This document shows, piece after piece, positions 46,719 through 56,050 of a stretch of 64,000 bases of DNA. The DNA comes from an uncultured Acidobacteriota bacterium. GTDB taxonomy: Bacteria; Acidobacteriota; Vicinamibacteria; Vicinamibacterales; CAVVIG01. Where the stretch lies: NCBI GenBank assembly GCA_963814975.1, contig CAWFFB010000030.1, forward strand, positions 175,563-239,562. The letters run 5' to 3'. Positions within the stretch are counted from its first letter, which is position 1, and the number at the start of each line of letters is the position of its first letter. The translations under genes and the position numbers were made by a program. The notes below the pieces were generated by a model, which saw only the letters and a list, made by a program, of their open reading frames with translations, was not told the DNA's origin and did no database searches.

Positions 46719-47516
46719 TCAGACGTCCTTGCCGATCGCCGCGGTCCACGCGGCGATCTGACTCTCGGTCATGGTGCCCGTGGGCTCGGCGCGGCCGTCG
46801 CGATAGTGCAGGCGTTCCAGGTCGTAGAGATACTGTTCGCGCGACAACATCGTTCCATAACAGATGTCGTTGTCGGTGCGCGGACGACTGACCCCGAGCC
46901 GCCGGATCAGCTCGTCCATCACCCACGTCGGCACGCTCTCGCGCTTGTCCGGATAGACGAAACCGAACAGAATCAAGTGGCTCAGGAGCACGCGCCAGTG
47001 ATCGCCGAACCGCATCAGCAGCCGCGGCCAGTCGAGCGATGGACCGGTTTCGCGGAGCAGGTGTATGACGTCGGCGCCGTCGAAGCGCTCGCGTTCCTGC
47101 ACGAAGGCCTTGGACCAGATCATTTCCTCGACCGGCGACAGCCGCGTCACGACGCCAAGCAGATTGGCTTTGGTGGCGTGCTCGAACCAGAGGTCGTCGA
47201 CGCGCGCGACACCATTTCCGGAGGCAAAAATCACGTCGATGAAATGCTCGTCCTTCCACACTTTGCCGAGCCAGTGCGTGAACGTCAGCTCGGTTCGGCA
47301 TCCGGCGTTGGCGAACGCCTCGAGGACGCGGGCGCAATCAGGCGGCTTGACGAAAATATCCATGTCCTTCGTGTTGCGCGGGACGTTCGAATAGTGTGAG
47401 TAGGCGAGCGCACCGCCGACGAGAAAAGGAATGCCGGTCCCTTCGAGTGTCTGCAGCACGCTCCGGTAAAATATCGCCTCCGGCGCTTGTACCGCGCGAG
47501 CGTTGGAAGTCTCCAT
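46719..47516 (-). CDS. nucleotidyltransferase (DNA polymerase beta superfamily) protein
   Basis: GIPFLVGGALAYSHYSNVPRNTKDMDIFV matches the G[GS]..x..DxD minimal NTase signature. 265 aa, 23 nt downstream of the phosphoesterase gene. Confidence 0.65.
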   Translation of the reverse strand: METSNARAVQAPEAIFYRSVLQTLEGTGIPFLVGGALAYSHYSNVPRNTKDMDIFVKPPDCARVLEAFANAGCRTELTFTHWLGKVWKDEHFIDVIFASGNGVARVDDLWFEHATKANLLGVVTRLSPVEEMIWSKAFVQERERFDGADVIHLLRETGPSLDWPRLLMRFGDHWRVLLSHLILFGFVYPDKRESVPTWVMDELIRRLGVSRPRTDNDICYGTMLSREQYLYDLERLHYRDGRAEPTGTMTESQIAAWTAAIGKDV

Positions 47517-47539
47517 GTGGTCCTTTGCGGCAGCCGGCG

Positions 47540-48319
47540 CTACGCCTGCGACATCGCGGCAGATGCGACGGGCTGCTCGTGCGGCTCGTCGCTGAGTGGA
47601 ATTTCGAATAACCGGAATGGAGGACGATCCGCAAACGACCGCGCCAGCAGCGGCATCGACACGTTGTAGACTGGCACCCCGATGGCGGTCCTGCCTTCAA
47701 GGTGGCCCCGGTGAGCGTGGCTGTGCACAACCAAAGAAACCCTGTACGTATTGATCGGTTCTTCGAGACGGCTCGATCCGAGGAACGGATAGATCTCCAG
47801 GGGCTCGCCTTCCACCGTCTGGACGATCGGTGAGTAATGCAACAAGGCGACGATCGGCACCGAGCCGATGCGGCCGAGCGCTGTCTCGAGCTTCAAGGCT
47901 TCGTCGACCGCTTCGTGCACGAATTGCTTGATCGTCGTTTCGCCCCACGGCGCGAGCGAGCGCTGGCCGAAGCCGCCGCCGAACCCCTTCACGCCTGCGA
48001 TCCCGATGCCGTGCGTCTCGCAGATATCGCCATCGAGAATTGTGGTGCCCGACTCGCCGAGGATGTGCCGGACCTCGTCGGCTTTGCCCGACTCGTGGTC
48101 GTGGTTGCCGAGAACGGCGATCACCGGCACGCGAACGGCGGTGAGCTCGCGCGCCAGCATTCGAGCCTCGTCGGGGAGGCCGTGGTCCGTCAGGTCGCCG
48201 GCGAGCAGCACCAGCTCGGCCGATTCCCCGGCTTTAGCCAGTAGAGGCTGCAGCGTCGCCTGCGACGATTTGGAACAGTGCAGGTCGCCGAGCGCTGCGA
48301 TGCGCACCACTTTTGCCAT
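47540..48319 (-). CDS. metallophosphoesterase (calcineurin-like)
   Basis: GDLHCS, LLAGDLTDHG, VLGNHDHE, LLHYSP, VVHSHAHRG: the complete set of metallophosphoesterase motifs. Confidence 0.8.
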   Translation of the reverse strand: MAKVVRIAALGDLHCSKSSQATLQPLLAKAGESAELVLLAGDLTDHGLPDEARMLARELTAVRVPVIAVLGNHDHESGKADEVRHILGESGTTILDGDICETHGIGIAGVKGFGGGFGQRSLAPWGETTIKQFVHEAVDEALKLETALGRIGSVPIVALLHYSPIVQTVEGEPLEIYPFLGSSRLEEPINTYRVSLVVHSHAHRGHLEGRTAIGVPVYNVSMPLLARSFADRPPFRLFEIPLSDEPHEQPVASAAMSQA

Positions 48320-48820
48320 GGCTGGATACCTTCAAGAGTTGAGCCAAGAAACGCGGCCGTCGAAAACTACTATGCCAGGCCGACATGGAGGCCTGGCTCG
48401 AACGTCACGAGCATGGTCCGAGGAATCATGGAGATGCGGTGTGAATAGAAGGTGCTCGCGGACGAAATCGTGGCCGATCGGTCCCACCCTTGACGAATCG
48501 ATTCAACGTGACGTAAAAGCCAACGGAGAGTCCCCAGACCGATCACACTGGACGGCATAGCCTCGGTTGCTCGATCGCGAGGCACCGTCAATGCTCTCGG
48601 GGCGCATTGACTCAATGGGCTCTTACCCGAGTTGCGTGAGTGCAGAACCGCGGCGACCGGCGCGACCGGCTCGGTAGTCGTCACCCTGACCGCGGATGGA
48701 GTAGCTGCCGAGACATTCGGCGCCGTGCGAAGACGAACGTTCGCGTCGCCGCAAGTGTCGATTCCTGGCTGACGCCGCACGGCTGCACTTGGAGATGTCC
48801 CTCACCTCTACATTTAGTTC

Positions 48821-48866
48821 CGCTGACAGCGTTCACCAGATCACGCTGACAGCGTTCACCAGATCA
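48821..48866. repeat. perfect 23-bp tandem duplication
   Basis: cgctgacagcgttcaccagatca (48821..48843) is repeated exactly at 48844..48866, inside an ~860-nt stretch with no convincing ORF. Confidence 0.9.
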
Positions 48867-48869
48867 GAA

Positions 48870-49175
48870 GTGTACGCCACTTCTCAGAATTGCGTCGGCT
48901 CAGCCTTTTGCGACAGTTCCATCGAATTCCGCAATGCGATTGAGGCAAGCCCGAGTGTTGCCTCTCGCGCTTCAAACCTTGTGAACGTCCGGTGGCTCAA
49001 CTTGGTGCATGCTGCGCAGCCGCACCAGGGTCAGCGTCCGCGATTCCTGGCCCAACCGCCGCTGCTTCCCGTGGATCTGGAGAATCGGCCCGCAGGGAGA
49101 TCTCAATCCCGTAGAGCAGGCAAACCGCACGGGCTCTCGGGCGCCGGCGCTTAGTTCGTCCAGTGTGGTGAGCAT
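48870..49175 (-). pseudogene. possible degenerate OmpR/CadC-type winged-helix DNA-binding domain (very tentative)
   Basis: Minus-strand frames give VRFA / LLYGIEISLRA / ILQIHGKQRRLGQESRTLTLVRL / ..CLNRIAEF... These are reminiscent of the RFGxFELDxxxxELxRxGxxVxL..LL pattern of trans_reg_C domains, but only if several frame changes are allowed. Confidence 0.2.
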
Positions 49176-49178
49176 TGA

Positions 49179-49499
49179 TTACGCCGGCTCGCGCAAGCCG
49201 TCCCTGAGGCCGATCCGTTCGAGCAGGCGCCTGAATCGCGGATCGTCTCGAACCCGGTCGTAACGCGGATTCACCAGCAGGGTGACGAGCATGCTCGATC
49301 GCTCGTGAATCGCGCGCTCCAGCCATTCGAACGCACGATCGTACTCGCGCAACGCAAGGTAGATCTCGGCAATGCCCGGCGCGGCGACGTAGGAGGACGC
49401 CGGCTCGGAGCAGCGCCGCCCATTCAAGATTCGCTGCGTCGAGGCCTGGCTCGCGATCGTTCGCAGCGCGCTAAGATAAGCAGGCCCGTCATGGATCCA
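49179..49499 (-). pseudogene. C-terminal TPR fragment of a larger protein (no start, upstream part missing)
   Basis: ..AEIYLALREYDRAFEWLERAIHERSSMLVTLLVNPRYDRVRDDPRFRRLLERIGL is the characteristic C-terminus of wHTH/TolB/TPR-type proteins. The frame is closed by a stop at 49500..49502, only about 105 codons upstream. Confidence 0.45.
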
Positions 49500-49611
49500 C
49501 TAAGTCGTGTGATTGCCACGTCACGAGCCCGGTACGCCGCGATTCCAAGCGGCAGACACAACGGCACGCAATCTGCGTAACGTGCTGTGCCGGCTTGCCA
49601 TGGAGTGTTCA

Positions 49612-50226
49612 ATGACTCGTATGCATCACGTCATCATAGCGTTTGTCCTCGTGGCCCTCTTCTGTGCGCGCCCCGTGGGGGCGCAGGACGACGACCGTGC
49701 GTTTCAGGCAGGCGTGCAGTTCGCAGGTGCGGTGTCGAGCGAGTTCGACAGTACGGACTTCGGTGTCGGTGGTCGGATCTCGTGGCATCCTGCGACGCTC
49801 ATTGGCGTCGAAGCAGAGCTCGATTATTATCCCGCCGACTTCGCCGACGACCCCGTCTTCAGCGGTAGTCGGATCGAGGGGCTTTTTGGCGCAACCGTGG
49901 GTCCGCGCATCGGGCCGCTCCGTCCGTTCGCGAAGCTTCGGCCCGGGTTCGTGACATTTGGCGAGGCACCCGAACCCTTCGTCTGTATCCTGATCTTCCC
50001 CCCTCCATTGGCGTGTCACTTGGCTTCGGGCCGCACGGTGTTCGCGCTCGATGTCGGCGGCGGCGTGGAGTGGCTCCCGTCCGACCGCATCGTTATCCGC
50101 GTGGACGCCGGCGACCGCGCAGTGCGATATCCCGGTCCGGTCATCGACCGCGACGGCACGGTCCGGGACGACACGTTCTTCGGCCACGATTTCAGGTTCA
50201 CCATCGGCGGCGGCGTGCGCTTCTGA
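49612..50226 (+). CDS. outer-membrane beta-barrel protein (OmpW/porin-family-like)
   Basis: Signal peptide MTRMHHVIIAFVLVALFCARPVGAQ, alternating beta-strand pattern, and a terminal ..FRFTIGGGVRF ending in Phe. Confidence 0.6.
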   Translation: MTRMHHVIIAFVLVALFCARPVGAQDDDRAFQAGVQFAGAVSSEFDSTDFGVGGRISWHPATLIGVEAELDYYPADFADDPVFSGSRIEGLFGATVGPRIGPLRPFAKLRPGFVTFGEAPEPFVCILIFPPPLACHLASGRTVFALDVGGGVEWLPSDRIVIRVDAGDRAVRYPGPVIDRDGTVRDDTFFGHDFRFTIGGGVRF

Positions 50227-50421
50227 GGCGCGAGGGGCTGCGCGAGCGGCACGCCGCAGACGATCAACGATGGCTGTGGCGCGGCTCGAGACGAGCATCA
50301 GCTCTTCGTCGAGCGCGTCACGGACCGTGCACGCGATGACGTCACCCGTAGATAGGATGAAGCAGGCCGGGGGCGCGGAAGGCGAGTTCTTCCGCCCAAA
50401 CCGCATTCCGGCGCGACTCTC

Positions 50422-50805
50422 TCAGCGGGGCTTCTTCAAGTAATCGAGAAGCGCTGTCCGCTCGGCTGGGTTACGCGGTCCGGGCGGCTTCTGCATCGCG
50501 GTACCGGGGACCATAGCGTTCGGGTCCTGGATGAATTGCTCGATCAGCTCGGGCGTCCACGCCTTGCCGGCGCCGAAGCTCTTCATCGCGTCGGAGTACT
50601 GGAAATCCGCCTTGGAGGCGATCGGACGTCCGATGACGCCGTTCAGGTTGGGCCCCGAAAGGACCTCGGTCTGGTTCGGCTCGAGGCTGTGGCACGAGAA
50701 GCAATACTGGAAGGCGCGCTCTCCGGGGTCGGAGATGCCTTGCGCGAATGCGGATGCGCCCGCCGCGATGGCGGCGAGCGCACCCACTGCGATCGGCAAC
50801 CGCAT
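50422..50805 (-). CDS. class I (c2-like) cytochrome c
   Basis: Signal peptide, heme motif CFSCH, distal Met in VPGTAMQ. 127 aa. The start overlaps the upstream stop as TAATG. Confidence 0.8.
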   Translation of the reverse strand: MRLPIAVGALAAIAAGASAFAQGISDPGERAFQYCFSCHSLEPNQTEVLSGPNLNGVIGRPIASKADFQYSDAMKSFGAGKAWTPELIEQFIQDPNAMVPGTAMQKPPGPRNPAERTALLDYLKKPR

Positions 50806-51783
50806 TACGACTGCGATCCGGTGTTGACGACGGTGATCGCCGCATTGCCGGATTCAGGCAGATACACCGCACCGTTGATGCCGAGGATCTGGCGGATGGC
50901 GGCGTTCGCCTTGCTGCCCGGAACCGACGAGAAGCTCTTGGTCTTCGGGTCGTAGCCGTAGGTCTTGTTGTCGGCCCAGTTGCTCACCCAGACGACATCC
51001 CTGTTGTCGACATAGACGGCGTAGAGAGTGGCGCGCTGGTTGCCTGGAAGCGGAATGCGCTCCCAGTTTCCGGTCGACGGCGAATAGTGCGAAATCTGAC
51101 CGCCGTTCCACTCCGACATCCAGAGATCGCCCTTGCTGTCGCTCCATACGCGACGCACGCCCGATGTTCGGGACGGGGGGCTCGATCACCTTCACATTGC
51201 CAGTCGCGCGGTCGACCTGACCGAGATACGAGTTGGCGAGCGAGACGAACCACACATTGCCGTCCGGCGTCGTGGTCATGCCGTAGGAGCCACGGCCCTT
51301 GGGCGACTTCCAGGCGCTGACCTTGCCGGTCTTGACGTCGACCTTGCCGTGCCAGCCGTTCTGGCCGGTGAACCAGATGTTGCCGTCGCCGTCTTCGGTC
51401 GGCGTGTTGAGGTTGGTGTAGCCGCCCGTCTCTTCAGGAAGCTTGTAGACCGTGACCTTCTCGGTCTTGGGGTCGTAGCTGACGATCGCGTTCTGGCCGC
51501 CATCGGTGATCCAGGCCTTGCCGTCCTTGCTCTGAATGATGCCGTGCGGCGCGGAGTCGGGCCCAAGCGTCACGAACTTGTTGGCGCCCGTCTTGGGGTC
51601 GAGGATGCCGAGCTTGCCGTCGCTCTGCGCCGTCCACCAAATGAGGCCGCCGGGAGCCGGGGCTAGGTCATGGATGAAGGTCTGGTTCGGGAGCGGGAAG
51701 GTCTTGGTCGGCGGGGTCTGTGCGAGACCCGGCAGAGCGATGAGGGTCACGCCCAAGGTCGCGGCGAGAAGATTGCGTCTCAT
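50805..51783 (-). pseudogene. Vgb (streptogramin-lyase, COG4257)-like beta-propeller, one frame change at a C6 run
   Basis: Signal peptide MRRNLLAATLGVTLIALPGLAQ. Blades: APHGIIQSKDGKAWITDGGQNAIVSYD, GDGNIWFTGQNGWHG, TPDGNVWFVSLANSYLGQVD. After the plus-strand G6 run at 51175..51180 the protein continues in another frame (SRTSGVRRVWSDSKGDLWMSEWNGGQISHY..VVWVSNWADNKTYGYD). Removing one C restores a single frame. Confidence 0.65.
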
Positions 51784-51972
51784 GTGATCCTCCGTAAGTG
51801 CTCGTTGGGCCTCGGACGAGCTGGTGTTCCAGACGACCAAACTACCCGGAAATATAGCCCACGTTGTAGGCTAAGTCTCTCACAAAGCCGAGGGGGCCCG
51901 GCTTCGTCCGACCTTGGGTCGAGAAGAAGAGCCGATATAATTCGCTTCTAGCGGTGACGCCAACCCGGTAGG

Positions 51973-53388
51973 ATGCGAGCGACTCGTCCCCAGTCCGCCA
52001 TGACGAAACCAGCCTCGATCATTGCCTCTGTGCTCCTCCTGACGGTGCTCGACATGCCGGGGGCGGAGGCCAATCCTGTGGAGCTGCGCGTGACCGGCAG
52101 GGCCGGAACGCGCGCCGGAGATCCGTCGGAGTCGGCCCGGCGGCTCGCGCTCGCTGACGCCAGGCGGCGAGCGCTGGAGAGCGCCGCTGTGCTTCTCCGG
52201 GAACGCGCCGACATCAAAGCGCTCGAGCTGGCGCCAGGTCACCTGGAGGCGTTCACCGCCGTTCTCGTGGACGTCGTCGAACCGGCGTCCGAGCCCACGA
52301 ACGGCCGGATCGCCGTCGTCGCCCGGCTGGATGCGGAAGGCGCAGCCGGCATGATCCTCGCCGTTCGCAGGGATCAGGACGTCACCTTTGAGCTGGTGTA
52401 CGCCTGGCGACGAATGCTGCGGCTGCACGATCAGTTCGACGAGCGGGCCAAACGCCGCGCCGGAGCGGAGGGCGACGAGTCTGCCCGCCTTCTGCAGGAG
52501 CAACTGCAGATCGCCGGGGCGCTCGACGTGACGCACATCATCGCGCAGGTCTACGCCGCGCTGGCGCGCACCGAACCCGCCGCTGCGGGCGGACGAACGA
52601 TTCGTGCGGGCGGCCTCGAGCGGGCCAGACAGCTCGCCGCCAGAGCCCTGGCGCTCTCGCCAGATGCGTCGGAAGTTCACTACCTGATTGGCGACATCCT
52701 GGTTGAATCGGAGGAGGTCGAGGCTGCCGAGGAAACCTACCGCCGGGGGCTCGACGCCGACGTTCCGTCGCCGATCGGCAGGACCAAGCTGGCCGCCGCG
52801 CTGCGCCTGCAGGGGAAGATGTCCGACGCGCTCGTGGAGCTCGCCGAAGCACGGCACATCGATCCGACCTACGCACGTGCGTATAGCGACGCGGGCATGA
52901 TCCTGCTGTCTGAGCAGAAGCTGTCGGAGGCGTTGAGCGCTTACCGGGAAGCCGTGCGCCTGGACCCCGACTCGGTCGACGCGCATAACGGCCTGGCGAT
53001 AACGCTCGCCAACAGCGGGAACCTGGTGGAAGCCGCCGCGGAGTTCCGCGAGATCGTCCGGATCGATCCAGACTCGACGATCGGCTACTACAATCTGAGC
53101 CGCGTGCTGGCCGACCTGGATCGCGACGTCGAAGCAGCCGCCGCGCTGCGTGAAGTCATACGCATCTATCCGGACCACTACAATGCGCGCTACAACCTGG
53201 CCGAGCTGTTCAGGCTCGAGGCCAAGTACGACGATGCCGCTACGCAGTTCCGCGAGTATCTGCGCCTGGCTCCGGACACGCCCCAGAATCGCCGCAACAT
53301 CACGCGCGCCACAGGCTTGGTCCAGCAGTTCGAGGACCCGAACGCGCCTCTCGTGTCAGACGCGATGAGTCCGCCCCGGCCACGCTAG
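51973..53388 (+). CDS. secreted TPR-repeat protein
   Basis: Signal-like IIASVLLLTVLDMPGAEA, then at least 6 TPR units in the C-terminal half (AYSDAGMILLSEQKLSEALSAYREAVRLDPDS.., AHNGLAITLANSGNLVEAAAEFREIVRIDPDS.., etc.). Confidence 0.7.
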   Translation: MRATRPQSAMTKPASIIASVLLLTVLDMPGAEANPVELRVTGRAGTRAGDPSESARRLALADARRRALESAAVLLRERADIKALELAPGHLEAFTAVLVDVVEPASEPTNGRIAVVARLDAEGAAGMILAVRRDQDVTFELVYAWRRMLRLHDQFDERAKRRAGAEGDESARLLQEQLQIAGALDVTHIIAQVYAALARTEPAAAGGRTIRAGGLERARQLAARALALSPDASEVHYLIGDILVESEEVEAAEETYRRGLDADVPSPIGRTKLAAALRLQGKMSDALVELAEARHIDPTYARAYSDAGMILLSEQKLSEALSAYREAVRLDPDSVDAHNGLAITLANSGNLVEAAAEFREIVRIDPDSTIGYYNLSRVLADLDRDVEAAAALREVIRIYPDHYNARYNLAELFRLEAKYDDAATQFREYLRLAPDTPQNRRNITRATGLVQQFEDPNAPLVSDAMSPPRPR

Positions 53389-53552
53389 TGTCGTGTGTCT
53401 CAGAAGTTCGTTTGCATTCGGCCGCCGATGCATCCCGCCCCGCAGCGTTGCTCGTCGGTCAAATACTCCCGGTATGCTCCCTCCTCGCGCCTTGCGGGAC
53501 GGGCGCCTCGGCGCCCTCGGTGCGACAACGAACTTCTGAGACTCGACACTAG
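53385..53552. repeat. 168-bp element bounded by imperfect inverted repeats of 28 and 26 nt (MITE-like, or a very large intergenic hairpin)
   Basis: The left arm is ctagtgtcgtgtgtctcagaagttcgtt (53385..53412). The reverse complement of the right arm (53527..53552) is ctagtgtcgagtctcagaagttcgtt. 24 nt pair, with a small internal bulge. Both ends are CTAG. It fills almost the whole gap between two convergent genes. Confidence 0.7.
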
Positions 53553-53554
53553 CG

Positions 53555-54013
53555 TCACCGGCCCGCGTCGCACGTTCCGTAGTACTGCTCAGGGCTCGAG
53601 GTTGCGCCGGGCAGCGGTGTCGTGAAGAGTTCATGCCGGGAATGCGCCGCCTTGAAGCCCCGAGCGGTGGCTCCCGCGGCGAAGACGGTCGTTGTATAGA
53701 GCGGCCCGGTCCGGAATGCCTGCATGAGATGCAAGTACCCCTCGGCCAGGCGCACGGTGACGTCGGTCGCCATCGCGCCGTTGCGCAGCAGGGCCGTCCC
53801 CGACTCGGCGTCGATCGACTCGAACCGGAGGATGAGTGACGACGCGCGCACGGCGGTCTCGGGCGCGTCCCCCTTCGCCCAGCTCCCCGTCGCCTGACGC
53901 GTGAATGTGCACCGTAAGCTCTTGACCTCCGCGAGCGTCGTTTGCGCCGTGGCCGCTGCCGCGCCAGGCCCGACCAACAGCGCAAGCACGGCTGCCGCGA
54001 GCAGTACCATCAT
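53555..54013 (-). CDS. hypothetical secreted protein
   Basis: MMVLLAAAVLALLVGPGAAAATAQ is a signal peptide, followed by about 125 aa with no recognised family. The upstream part of the 244-aa ORF looks non-coding. Confidence 0.4.
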   Translation of the reverse strand: MMVLLAAAVLALLVGPGAAAATAQTTLAEVKSLRCTFTRQATGSWAKGDAPETAVRASSLILRFESIDAESGTALLRNGAMATDVTVRLAEGYLHLMQAFRTGPLYTTTVFAAGATARGFKAAHSRHELFTTPLPGATSSPEQYYGTCDAGR

Positions 54014-54473
54014 GGCCGCATAGGTCGCGGCGCACGGCTGGCCGTCCTGAAGAATTTCTGAAGCTCTCGTCAACTGGGATTGGCGATCGCGGACTCTGCT
54101 TGTGAAACGAAAGAGCGCAAGCTCACGGCGTTCCTGAAAGCGGGCGCCCGGTGCGACGGGGCGAGATCGATGCCCTGCCTTGAATGGCAGCAGGCACCGC
54201 CATGAAGCAACTCCGGCAATCGTCGGCCGACTTTGGATGTCGGGTGCCGAGTCGCCTCTTGAGAGCTGCTCTAATGAGTCGGATGACATGCGCCGATTCT
54301 ACCGAGGAATGCCCTCGTGTGCCGTCGGACGCGACGCGAGCCGGACGCTCGACGTGAGATTACGGCAATCCCTCCAAGCTGAGGCCGATCACACGACGTC
54401 CCCGGCGGCCGAAAGTAAATCCAGGGGAAAGTCCAGACTGTGTAGGCCTGACCGATGACGATAGGCTGCGACA

Positions 54474-56048
54474 TCACGATGCGGAGGAATGGAGCTGGTA
54501 CCCCTTCGCCAAGGTGCGGAATGACTCCACGTCGGCGGCCTGACGCGGCGCGTCCCAGCCAAGTTCGCCACCCATCAGCCGTGCGACTTCGGGTGCCATG
54601 GCTTCCGCCGCACGTGCGTTGAGGAACAGCGCTCGCGTGCGGCGTGCCAGCACGTCTTCGACGGTGCGTGCCATTTCGTGACGAGCAGCCCAGACGACTT
54701 CAGCGCCGGTGTACGGCAGCTGCGCATGGAGTGGTGCCGCCAATGACGGTGTCGCGCGCATCAGATCCTGAATCGCGAGAGCGTCAGATCCGTACACGCC
54801 GAGCGCGCCAAATCGCTCGGCGTTGGAATGGAATCCATGGACGTTGAGTGTGCGGGTCACACAGGGCCGTTCGGCCAACCGCGCGAAGTCGGCAGCCTGG
54901 TCGATGGTGTGCTCGGCCATGTTGCGGTACGTCGTCCACTTGCCGCCGGTCGTCGTCAACAGACCAGAGGCATCGAAGTAAATCGTGTGATCGCGCGACA
55001 ACGCGGCAGTCAGCTTGCTGTCGCCGCTCTTGACGAGCGGACGGATACCTACGAAGACACTCAGGACGTCGTCGCGAGTGGGTGGCTTGAGGAGATACCG
55101 ACTGGCAGTCTCGAGGATGAAATCGATCTCCTCTGGCAGCGGTCGCGGCTCCAGCGTTGGTGTGTCAATCGGCGTGTCGGTCGTGCCGACGAGCGTGTGA
55201 CCGTGCCACGGAATCGCGAACATCACGCGGCCGTCCGAGGTGTGGGGCACCATGATCGCCGACTCCGCCGACAGAAACGAGTGATGAAACACGAGATGGA
55301 TGCCCTGGCTCGGCGCCATCAGCGCCGGGACGTCGGGTTCTGCCATCCGGCGAACCGAGTCTGAAAATGCGCCAGTCGCGTTGACGACGACGCGCGCCGC
55401 GATCGTCCACTGCTGTCCGGTCTCCTGATCGGCCGCGACGAGCCCGTCGACGAAACCGTCTGGCCCCTTCGTAAGCGCGACCACGCGCACGTAGTTGATC
55501 AGCGTCGCGCCCTGATCGGCGGCGGTGCCCACAAGATTGATCAACAACCGCGTGTCGTCGAACTGGCCGTCGTAGTAGACGACGCCGCCGCGAAGACCCT
55601 CGGTCTTGATCGTGGGCAGGCGGGCCAACGTCTCTTCGCGCGTGAGGATCTCAGACGAGCCGAAGCCGTACTTGCCCGCGAGTGCGTTATAGATCTTGAG
55701 GCCCAGCCCGTAGAAGGGCGCCTCCCACCAGTCGTAGTTGGGGACGACGAACGCCAGGTTGCTCACCAGATGCGGAGCGTTCTGTCGAAGCAGACCCCGC
55801 TCCTTGAGCGCCTCCATCACCAGCGCGATGTTGCCTTGTTCGAGGTAACGAACACCGCCGTGCACGAGTTTGGTGCTTCGGCTCGACGTGCCCTTGCCGA
55901 AGTCGTGCTGTTCCAGGAGCAGGACGTCGTAACCGCGGCTCGCCGCGTCGACCGCGATGCCCACTCCCGTGGCACCGCCGCCGATGATGACGATGTCCCA
56001 GAGTTCGTGGCGCTGGTCGATCTTCGCGATCATGTCAGAGCGACGCAT
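54474..56048 (-). CDS. glpD: FAD-dependent glycerol-3-phosphate dehydrogenase
   Basis: DIVIIGGGATGVGIAVDAASRGYDVLLLEQHDFGKGTSSRSTKLVHGGVRYLEQ plus a conserved C-terminal domain. It sits directly downstream of glpK. Confidence 0.9.
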   Translation of the reverse strand: MRRSDMIAKIDQRHELWDIVIIGGGATGVGIAVDAASRGYDVLLLEQHDFGKGTSSRSTKLVHGGVRYLEQGNIALVMEALKERGLLRQNAPHLVSNLAFVVPNYDWWEAPFYGLGLKIYNALAGKYGFGSSEILTREETLARLPTIKTEGLRGGVVYYDGQFDDTRLLINLVGTAADQGATLINYVRVVALTKGPDGFVDGLVAADQETGQQWTIAARVVVNATGAFSDSVRRMAEPDVPALMAPSQGIHLVFHHSFLSAESAIMVPHTSDGRVMFAIPWHGHTLVGTTDTPIDTPTLEPRPLPEEIDFILETASRYLLKPPTRDDVLSVFVGIRPLVKSGDSKLTAALSRDHTIYFDASGLLTTTGGKWTTYRNMAEHTIDQAADFARLAERPCVTRTLNVHGFHSNAERFGALGVYGSDALAIQDLMRATPSLAAPLHAQLPYTGAEVVWAARHEMARTVEDVLARRTRALFLNARAAEAMAPEVARLMGGELGWDAPRQAADVESFRTLAKGYQLHSSAS

Positions 56049-56050
56049 GA

